Assembly: GCF_037042905.1 (NCBI RefSeq)
Contig: NC_087250.1
Location: forward strand, 15,440,001-15,504,000
Length of the DNA: 64,000 nucleotides
Origin: Lytechinus pictus
Taxonomy: Eukaryota
Direction of reading: 5' to 3'
Numbering within the stretch: position 1 is the first letter of the stretch; every line of letters starts with the position of its first letter. The position numbers were made by a program, and so were the translations under genes. The notes below the pieces were generated by a model that made no database searches, had not been told where the DNA came from, and was given only the letters and a program-made list of their open reading frames with translations. Below, in pieces: positions 37,603 through 47,294 of this stretch.

Positions 37603-39731
37603 TGTGATCAATCTTGGCGATGTATGTGTAGGGGTCTCCTTCATAACTATATTTGAGATCAAGAGTATGGAGAGGGCCGTAGCAAGGTCAATACCAGTCT
37701 TCGTTAAGCTTTCGGGCACATACCCTTCATCAGGATCTAAACCAATAAATAAAATACAAAATATAGGCCTACTAATATATATATGTATATAATATACACA
37801 ACAAAAAAAGTAAGTCCCCCTAAATCAAATTGCTGTAACTTTTGAACGGAATTATTTTGAGATATGATATTTCGTAGGTATTTTTTTACACTCATTAAGC
37901 ATCTCCGGGTGAAAAATGAGATTGATCAGTTGAGTCATGCATGAGTAATTAAAGATTGAATTAAAAATGACCATTTTTGAAAGTCACAAGAGTCGTTTTT
38001 CAGATTGTGCAAATACAAAGTTGGGCAAAATTTGTTTGTAGGTGAATTTTATGGTGTTATGCTGTTTTACTATCCATCATTTAGCCACTCCACACACAAT
38101 TTTGATATCGTATGTTCATGGTTGAGTGAGCACAATGTATTGCAGGGGCCGCGGAAGCGGGGGGGGGGGGCTTTAAGGTAGTATCCTCTACAACTTGTTA
38201 GATCATGTTAAAATTTGAAAATGTTGGTGTCTTCCCCGATTATAGGCCCCTCCCCCATTTTAAAATTCTGGATCCACCACTGATTTGTCCGTAAATTAAA
38301 CTGATCATGAGAAATTGTTAGGAAAAGAATACATTTATGCAGTATAAAGAGTATTCATTCCTAAGTTTTCGAATGTGCTCGCTCAACCATGAAAATGTTT
38401 AAAGTTCGGAAAGTGTGTGGTGATAGAAATGATGGATGATCAAAACAACAACAATTACAGTCACATTTGAAACCGAATTTGCCCTCAATATTCACTTTAT
38501 TACCCTTTAAAATGAGTCTGTGACATTGAAAATACCAATTTTCCATCTTTGATGCGTGCTCACTCATCCATAAATAAACAAATCAATTTCATTTTTGCAC
38601 AGAATTCTGCCCATAGGTTGATAAACATTAATGCCAAATGACATTGCTAAAGACAGCCTTGAAAAAAAGCTCCAACATATTGAATAAGGGGTTACTTATT
38701 CTTAAACATTATGCACCCATAATGTACACAAGTCTATGAGAGAGGAAGTCAAAATTTCAACAAATAAGAAATGAGGGTTTGTTTCATGGACGGTTTTTGT
38801 TACTTCTGCCAACAGTTATTTCATGAAACTTCGCACATGGCTTCAGAGTGACACTATCCAAAAGGCGCGCACACCACAATAACCATTCGATACGGCACAG
38901 AGTGGGGCCAAGGCCTTTAACTTTCTTCTCATTTGCGTAATTTTTTAATATTGTGTGCTCACTGATGCATTAAACATCGGGATTTTCATAAAAATCAAAT
39001 CAAATGAACTATGCAAGGAGGTTTGTGACAGATATCCATAGTTACAAATTGCATTTTTTCCAATAACGTAAAAAAGAGCTAATCACATTCCACATGTTCA
39101 TTCAAGCGTGAATGTTTAATTAAACGCCTTTGAATCATTGAAGCATGTTAATTGGTCATAAACATAACGAAAAGGTCGAGAAAATATCATTTTCAGTTAC
39201 CAAAATGAAACAATACATGCCTATGATATTTGAAAATCGTATTTTTTGTTTTCAATAGATGTTCATTGAACCGTGAAACGATGAATATTGTTGAAGATAC
39301 TCTTCCTAAAAATAACTGTCATCATCTTCTATCATTTTTATTGATAGAAATGTTTAAAAAATCCAATTATAGCAAATTTGGACTTGTGTTTATTCAACCG
39401 TGAAATTTAGCCAAAAAAGTTGTATCGTACTTTAGAAACTACCTTTTACAAGCCTTCTGACTATTTTTCATGATGAGAATGTGGAATTAGTTCCAATAAA
39501 ATGGAATCAAAGTAATGATATTTGGCTTGTGACTTTTGAAAAGTGACATTTTTGCCTACTGATGGTGCTCACTGAAGCATGACGTAAAATAAGTCCATAA
39601 CATTTACCAAGAGGATATCTTATAAAATTACCTACACGCTCATGTAAAAATATATTAAAAACCCGCATTGGTTCGAAAATTATTGATGTTTGTTTAAGGG
39701 GGGACTTACTTTTTTTGTTGTGTATATATAC

Positions 39732-39782
<51 letters not shown>

Positions 39783-42700
39783 CATATTTTTCTATCCAGT
39801 TTTGTTTATTTTCATCTTAATTTATTTTTATTAATTCATTTTAACCTTTTCCCTTCATTTCATCTCATTTTCTCCTTCAGTCTCTAGAATATTTCATCGT
39901 TGAACTTTAACTTTTACAATTTACCAATTGGGGGAGGGTAACAGGTCTCCATCTGTACGGCATTTCACAAAAATTCCGTACATTTCACCCAAATAAATCA
40001 TGTGATTATGAATAGCCTATATATAATATATCCATTAGAAATCGCATTGTCATAATCCTTTCGTTTTTCTTACATTCATAGTCGGCATAAATGTATGTAT
40101 ATTCGCCCGTGCAGGTTGACCCGGCCGAGCACGAACCAGTGACGATGCAGGGGTTGATGAAAGAGCAGTAAGCGGCCCATCTCTCTGTAAGGACGCTCCC
40201 TTCACATTCATATTCAAGAGACGAGTCAAAACTCTCGCATTCGTCGAGCTTGACGCATACGCCTCTGGTGATCGAAATGGTTCCGGTGTCACAGGTCAAG
40301 GTAAAACTTGGACTTCCGCCTCGATCCTGACATGCTGTCAAGCGCTCTATGGATTTCGAAAGAAACAAGCCTGGGCATAATGAACTATGACATGTCGATT
40401 TCCCCCGTTATTTTATAAATAAAAATATAAGCAATATCGATATAATTCTGAGAACATCATCATCATTACCGCTATCTTCCTCCTCCTCCTCATCATCACC
40501 ATCATCATCACCATCATCATTATCATCATCATCATCGTCGTCGTCGTCATCACCACCATCATCTCTTATCTTTTTCTATACAAATGAAAAATAAAATAAA
40601 AATCTTCAGTCTGGTTTAAAAAAAGCCTCTTGTAACTTCTGAAGCTTTCCATGGCGACGAAGAATAGTTTAGTAGGTTTTACGGTACACCGCGTATCTTT
40701 TGTGGGCAAAAAAATAAACCTCTCCCTTCTTACAAAATTGTCCTTAAGCCCCAGTCACATATAGTCACGGATCAACACGGCAGTGCCGGCATGATCCGGG
40801 GACGTCCGGGATCGTTTTGCCCAGGATTAAGCGTCGACGAGCGTTGATGACAACACACACGGCATCTTCACAAGGATCTACACGGACCATGCCGACAGAG
40901 TACGTCGTCAACACGGACCAACACGTCAGCAACACGGACCTACACGTCAGCTACACGGACCAACACATCGCAACACGGACCAACACGTCAGCTACACAGA
41001 CCAACACGTCAGCAACACGGACCAACTCGTCAGCTACACGGACCTACACGTCAGCAACACGGACCAACACGTCAGCTACACGGACCAACGTCACATCAGC
41101 AACACGGACCAACACGTCAGCTACACGGACCAACGTCACATCAGCAACACGGACCAACACGTCAGCTACACAGACCAACACGTCAGCAACACGGACCAAC
41201 ACGTCAGCCACACGGATTAACACGTCAGCAACACGGACCAACACGTCAGCTATATTGAAAAGCACGGCAAATGAAAATCTGCGCATAAAATGAGCTGATT
41301 TTTGTTTTATCTATTTCATTCTTTTTCTCATCCTTGCCGCAACATCGTAATTGTTTTCTGAGTGAATTACAAAAAAAAAACCTCCAAAATTCCTTAACCA
41401 GTAAAAACGCTGTTTTATGTTTTTATGCAACACAGTTTACTGTTTGTGCAGTAGTTGTTAAGTACTTAAAATCTTTAAAAAAAATCAATTTTGAATATTT
41501 AAGCTGAAATAAATTAAGCATTTTTTTATGTCAACTGTTTAACTACTGAAAAGTTCATAAAGTAAACAGCGTTGTGTAACATTGATGGGAAAAAAGAACA
41601 CGGACTGCTAAGGATACTCCAGGCAGCTACATGGACCTACACGGCAACTACACGGACCTACACGTCAGCAACACGGACCAACACGGACCAACACGTCAGC
41701 TACACGGACCATCCCGGATTGCTTGTCTACCCGGCAGTCCACAGATGACGCCGGATGTTTTTGACAGCCAAAAACTGCCGAGTTGGCCTCCCGGACGTTC
41801 AAGGACCAACCTGGACCTCCAAGGATGCCCAAGGCGCCAACACGGATCTCTCCCCGGACCACCCCGGATCAGATCCGGGATGGTCCGGGGTCTATATAGG
41901 GCCGTCTGCGCCATCCCGAGTTTTCAAATTAGCGCGCTATTTCTGATCCGGCAAATTATCCCGATCTGAACAATCTCGAGATTATTTGCAATGGAGATGC
42001 AATTATCGCGCTAGTTCGTAGGATTAATCTCGAGATTGCAATCCCAAGTCAACTTGAGATTATTTGCAAAATAGCGCGCTATTTTACGAATTATCGCGCT
42101 AATTCGTAGGTGCAGACGCACTCGGGATTATTTATTCACGGCGTCAGACCATAATGCATCGATGCTTCGCTCGAGCAGGAATCGCTCTTCTTGCGATGGT
42201 GGAGACGTGGTTTCTTGAATCTCGAGATTAATCGCGAAGAGGGCCGATCGGGCTAAAATCTCGAGATTGAGCAAACTCGGGATGGTGCAGCACCGCCTTA
42301 TGTGACAGGGGCTTTAGTCATAATTTTGACGTCAGCGACTATTCGATTGCAAACTTCTTCAGCACCCCCTCCATGTACCTTCTACATAATATATTCATAA
42401 ATTATTTGTAATATTGCATTTCATTGCTTTGTTTTAAACTCATGAATGTTTTTTTTTAACATGACAGTTTTAAAAATGATAATTTTATAACTGCGTGTGT
42501 TTATATTTAAATGAAACGGAACGAAAGGAAAGGAAACGATGCGAAACGAAAGGCAACGGAACGAAATGAAAGGAAAGGGAACGAAAGGAAAGAAAACGGA
42601 AGGAAAGGAAAGAAAAGGATAACAAACGAAATGAATCAAAACAAAAGGAAACGGAATGATAGGAAAGAAAACGAAAGGAAAGGAAACGAATTTCATTTTT

Positions 42701-42807
42701 AATTACTCACCGGCACTTGCCAAAAGTTGATGATGGAGGATAAAGATGCCAAACGTCAGCCTCAAGATTTTGCTTCGAAATAAACTCATCGCTGCAGCTA
42801 ATTTCAT
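36738..42807 (-). CDS. Putative secreted protein, about 243 aa: leader + SUEL/rhamnose-binding-lectin-like Cys domain + PAN/Apple domain. Exons 42807-42711, 40370-40074, 37075-36738
   Basis: Three exons with canonical GT-AG sites, all phase 1, total 732 nt in frame; the exon 2/3 junction T|GT rebuilds the terminal Cys of YADYEC. Confidence 0.8.
37371..37442 (-). pseudogene. tRNA-like cloverleaf with UCA anticodon, embedded in a dispersed repeat (probable tRNA-derived element or pseudo-tRNA)
   Basis: Acceptor GTCTCTG/CAGAGAC, D-arm with TGGTCTAGTGG A box, anticodon stem CCGGC/GCTGG with loop GTTCAAA, GGTTCGATTCCC B box, followed by T6. Flanks are shared with 45645-45760 and 61620-61805. Confidence 0.6.
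37797..39722. mobile_element. 1.9-kb non-autonomous Tc1/mariner-like element in intron 2 of the SUEL/PAN gene
   Basis: Perfect TIRs CACAACAAAAAAAGTAAGTCCCCC / GGGGGACTTACTTTTTTTGTTGTG, TA on both sides within TA-rich repeats; no transposase ORF. Confidence 0.85.
40074..40370 (-). CDS. Exon 2: Cys-rich SUEL/galactose-rhamnose lectin-like domain
   Basis: CCCAG acceptor, T|GTAAGA donor. Pattern TAC......FTLTC..G.I.I ... C....C ... C.GEYTYIYADYEC resembles SUEL Cys spacing but lacks YGR/DPC. Confidence 0.75.
40747..42313. mobile_element. Harbinger-like non-autonomous element with internal 21-bp minisatellite
   Basis: TIRs AGCCCC.GTCACATA / TATGTGAC.GGGGCT, TTA target duplication; internal ACACGGACCAACACGTCAGC(A/T) array at 40905-41250 and 41630-41710. 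Confidence 0.88.
41898..42298. mobile_element. Second Harbinger-like MITE inserted in the right TIR of the 40747-42313 element
   Basis: TIRs ...TGCGCCATCCCGAG / CTCGGGATGGTGCA..., TAT duplication; removing it restores GTCTATATGTGACAGGGGCT, matching the left TIR. Confidence 0.82.
42510..42692. repeat. Degenerate (GGAAA/CGAAA)n pentanucleotide repeat
   Basis: Direct inspection. Confidence 0.85.
42711..42807 (-). CDS. Exon 1 of the secreted SUEL-like/PAN gene: MKLAAAMSLFRSKILRLTFGIFILHHQLLASA(G)
   Basis: ATG at 42807 (alternative at 42789), basic then hydrophobic leader ending ASA, G|GTGAGT donor. Confidence 0.7.
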
Positions 42808-43754
42808 CAATATGAATATATTCAATTTAAAATTCCGCAAATATGGAGGGAAACCGGAAAACGGTCTCTTGGCTTTCTACCTATCAGACGATACACGATA
42901 AATGGTAAAATGAATGAAGAATAAAATGAACTCAAACCAGCTTTCGTCCAGAAGTTATGAAAACGAGAATTCATGTTCTGTGATGTTCTGAATTGAATTG
43001 TTCTCCATCCTATGCAAGTCTGTCCGTTGGCAGTTTGTGATAAAGTGCAATTCCCTATCACTAATTTACTTAATCATCACTATCTTTATGAATTGCAATG
43101 TCATAATCATGATAATTGCGCTAAATAACCTCCACTTCAGGCAGAACCTTTTTTTATGTAAGTGAAAAAAAAACAAGAATATTATGAGTCATCACAAGGT
43201 CCAAACCTTTCGGTACTTTAAAAAAAATGTTGTGCTTTACGGAAATCGTACACATTTGCTGTCTGTTGATCGTACTTATAGTTGGTTACTTGGTAAAAAC
43301 TGATGTTTAATCTCTTTAGGTGTGAATATCATCAATGGTACAGTGAAAATAGTTACCGTACAAAAATTCGATAAAAGACTAATTCATTAATCGAAATGGA
43401 CATTAATTATGGCATTTTTATCGATCATGTCAAGCGGTATTAAAGCAATTATTGATGAATAAGGAAAGGGACTGCCACACAATGCTGAAGATTATCTATA
43501 TCGAACATGATCTATTTTTTATTATTATTTGATAACCCCAGTTTTATGCGAGGAAAGTCTATCGAATTTCAATAAAAAAAAAGATATAATGAAAGGGTTT
43601 AGGGAGTATTATTCTTGCATGGTTTCGACTTCACCCTTGAGACCAATTAATTTTAAAAAATGTTTTAAGGAGGGTTATAACACAAATATTTATACGATTC
43701 GATCTGTAATTAAGAGGACGGGTGAATTTTAATGATTGAAGGGGTACTCCGCGC

Positions 43755-43996
43755 CACTGAAAAAACTCTGGTGTTGATTTAACACCAGTTCGGAATCTAT
43801 ATATGTCCACACCAGAGAAGTGTTAAACAACACCAGTTTGGTTTTGGTCTAACACCAGATATATTTTTATACAACACCAATTAGTATAAAAACTGCATCG
43901 GTTTGATTCCAAACTGGTGTTATTTCAATATTTCTCTGGTGTGGACATTTATAGATTCCGGGCTGGTGTTAATTCAACACCGGAGTTTTTGCAGTG
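43755..43996. mobile_element. CACTG-terminated MITE, copy 2 (opposite orientation to 15-258)
   Basis: Homology and TIRs. Confidence 0.85.
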
Positions 43997-44679
43997 CGGG
44001 CTGAAAATAAATAGAGTAAAATTTACCAAGGAAAATTTCATCAAAATCTGATAACAAATGTAAGGAACTAGTTTGTACATTATTCAAGTTTATTGCAGTT
44101 TTGGTTACAAGTTCATTACTTTTAAGCCAGAGTTCACAGAGTTCCTTATAACCCCTCTCTCATTTTCAGGACATTGCTCTACTCCAAAAAACACTAATTT
44201 ACTTTCCCCTTTTCTTCAGTCTCCATCAGCATTCTTGCCTTTTATCCTCATTTATCTTTGTTATCCCATCTCAGGACTTTGTTACCCCCATCCATCCTTC
44301 ATTCCTTGCATCCCACACTTGACCATTCCTTTTGTATTCAAATTTATGTTGTAAGACACCTTATGTGTGATTGGTTCTTATTCATGATGATGCGTTACTT
44401 CTGTTATTGTCATCTTCCAAGTTGATTTGAATATGTATTGAAATCTAGTAACTTGTGCAAAGAAAGCCTAGAGAAGTAATGAAGAATAAATTATGCCCTG
44501 CCAAGCTCAGGCAGTTGAGCACAGACCTTCAAACCAGCAACATCTACCTCTTCATCTGTTCTTGTTCTGTGTTGGAAGAACCCGCGTATACTTTGAGCTA
44601 ATAAAATATAGCTCCTACACAAATAACGAAGTTATTGTTCGTTATTTGAATTTTAAAGCAATTTAAAGCAATAATTTTA

Positions 44680-44858
44680 CACTGCAAAAATTCCGATGTG
44701 ATTTAACACCAGCCTGGAATATACACTGCAAAAGTTCCGGTATTGATTTAACACCAGCCCGGAATCTATATATTTCCACACCAGAGAAGTGTTAAACAAC
44801 ACCAGTTTCGTTTTGGTCTAACACCAGAAAGGTGTTTATACAACACCAATTAGTATTA
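44680..44858. mobile_element. Truncated CACTG-MITE copies (duplicated left end) interrupted at TTAA
   Basis: Two successive CACTGCAAAA starts (44680, 44724); homology to the 43755 copy stops at TTAA 44856-44859. Confidence 0.75.
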
Positions 44859-44859
44859 A

Positions 44860-45390
44860 CCCTAAATAGACTGGGCTATTTCGACGCCTAAGGAGACTGG
44901 GGGGGGGGGCTGATTCAGCCCCCCCCCCCTTATGATCTCGGCCGTCGATCGCGCGATCGCGACGAAAATTACATGCGCGTTACCTATTGCATTATTTACA
45001 AAACCATAATATCAAATTCTGCGAAAAATCTCATTGCTCATTAATTATGCTAATTTATGCGTAAAATCAAGTTTGCTCTAATTAATAAAATAATGCCCCT
45101 AAAATGGCCTAATTTTTGTTTCACATACTCTATAGCATCTGATCAAATTCATTTTTCAAAAATTTCAACATCACATTTATTTTCTTATGTATTCTATTGT
45201 TTTCTAAATTTCTTATGTATTTCTATGTTTTCCGACTTTTTGTATTTTATTGTTTTTTCAATGGAAGTTGTCAGGGAATTTATTTTGACCATAAAAAGAT
45301 AAAAGTAATTGATTTTAAGCAGTAAAAGGAAAAATAATGATACATTTTATGAATTTTGGCTAAAAACACTATTTGCATTGGATTTGTACA
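44860..45390. mobile_element. One end of a piggyBac-like element (TTAA|CCC...)
   Basis: Begins TTAA-CCCTAAATAGACTGGG with internal GGGGGCTGA.TCAGCCCCC palindrome; related fragment near 32650-32950; other end not found. Confidence 0.5.
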
Positions 45391-45509
45391 CCTCGGCTAA
45401 GGCCTCGGGGTGATAGAAGGGCCGGTATGAAAAGCACCGAGGGAATGATGATTTCCACTGTCATCCAAATATAAAGCATATACTTGTCTGATTTTTCTTT
45501 ATCTGTTCA

Positions 45510-45635
45510 GGGTCGTGTGGTCCAGTGGTTAGAGTATCGGACTCATAGTCGCAAGGTTGCGAGTTCGAATCCTCACTCTGCCATTAATTGTCTCCACTTT
45601 GATAAAAAGGCCCGAGAGTCATATATGTCGTCTAT
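45510..45635 (+). mobile_element. tRNA-derived SINE (3'-truncated)
   Basis: A box TGGTCCAGTGG, B box GAGTTCGAATCC; homologous to the 46050 copy. Confidence 0.8.
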
Positions 45636-46049
45636 AATACAATAGTATGCGTAGCTTAAATCAAGGTCCCCCAGAGCTATCTGCCCTTTTAAAAAAACTC
45701 GAGAATCTGTTTATCTCACGGTCAAGTGGATAGGGGTCGCCTTAACCACTAACCGTCTCCGCATCTGCTTTTGGTTCTGCACCGCGAGCCGATGCAGCGT
45801 GTAAACATGGTAATTGTCTGAAACCGTTATGGCGAGTGAGTCCAAACTTTAAATGCGAATATCTCTGTTGTTTAATCTGCAACCCCATTATCAATAATCA
45901 TAACTTTGTTACCTGAAGTACGATTTCAATAAACTTGGTATCGAATGAAAGAGGACGAAATACTCTTTCTAACCATACCAAAAACCTTAATTGTGATAAT
46001 GGCCGACATCGGCCTGGTTTTGATAGAGCCAGTCACATAGAGCCAGTAC

Positions 46050-46300
46050 GGGTCGTGTGGTCGAGTGGTTAGAGCATTGGACTCATAATCGCGAGGTTGT
46101 GAGTTCGAATCCCAACTCTGCCATTGTCTCCACTAAAGGCCCGAGAGTGATATCTGTCGTCTATAACGTCAGCCACTATGACTAATTAACCTAGACGTAA
46201 AATGTTTCATAGGTAATTGGTTATATACCAGCTTGGCGTTTACCAGCAAAACGCTGTCCCGCCGAGTTCCTACGGGAATCACCATAAACAGAAACAGAAA
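46050..46300 (+). mobile_element. tRNA-derived SINE
   Basis: A and B boxes, tRNA-like head with unpaired acceptor stem, body shared with the 45510 copy, AAACAG-repeat tail. Confidence 0.8.
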
Positions 46301-47209
46301 TCATATTGGTGTACCCCTTTTAGCAATTAATTAAAAGATAGTTTGACTAGAGAATATATTGAATTGACTTAACAAACGAATGTTAAGTATAAAAGAAAGA
46401 ATAATCTTTGAGGAATGACGAGGATTTTTTGTACTACAAAGTATACAACGCCCTTTACAATGTCGGATTTTTGTTTTACAGACAAGATGAAACAGCACAG
46501 ATAATTTATTTAAGAAATCACAAACCCATACTGCTTTGATGTAAGTGAGTGAAAAATGTAGAATTATCAATAGTTCACTATTATCCCAGAAGAAACGAGA
46601 ACAAATGGTGTTATTGCATTGGTCTTAACGAAATGACGTCATTATTCAAATGCCCCTATCTCATTGGGTAAAAGCGCTCCATGAACAGATGAAGGTAATT
46701 TGTGTCCAATCAACATTGGGTATTTCTTTTGAGCATTTTTATTTATCCAGTGTGATGAAAACTTTGCCCATTCTAAAGTAATTGCTGCTTATTTTTTCAA
46801 CCTTACTGGACAATATGCTTCCCGTATTGGGTAAAATACTGCCCCAATTGGTTGGGCACATAATTACCCTCGTGCTGGTTAAAGGTTTACCCAATATTTT
46901 TGTTACAGTGTATAGTGTCATAGTTGTCAGTGATAAAAAGTGAATTCCCCGCAAGTATCATATCTATTTTCAGATTTATATGATAAACATACATTCCCAT
47001 ATACGAGTTTGCATATCTCTCATAAAACAAACTTAGCATTGTACTGCCGCCTTTTTGGGCTCCATTTTATGATGGTCTATTCGGGGTCATTTTCATTGTC
47101 GTCTTGCAAAGAAAATCTCATTCGTTGAAATACGGTAGAAAGCTTAGTGGAACCTGAATAATATTTGTTGTTAGTTATTTCGGGATAAAGCATTATTTAA
47201 CAACCCATC

Positions 47210-47294
47210 ATGGCGGATAGCGGAAAGCGTTGCCAAAACTGTTGTCATGGTATTTGCTATTTTCTGTTACTAGCCACCATTATCGTGTTAAGTG
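47210..47294 (+). CDS. Exon 1 of the FN3 membrane protein (MADSGKRCQNCCHGICYFLLLATIIVLS)
   Basis: ATCATGG Kozak-like context, hydrophobic stretch, G|GTAAGC donor. Confidence 0.7.

Noticed and set aside
40817..41293. 158-aa SATRTNT repeat ORF or CRISPR-like repeat array
   Set aside because: 21-bp head-to-tail minisatellite without unique spacers, inside a TIR element; eukaryotic context and no cas genes.
45510..46125. Two apparent tRNA-Met (CAT) genes
   Set aside because: Acceptor and anticodon stems do not pair properly and both continue into a shared SINE body.
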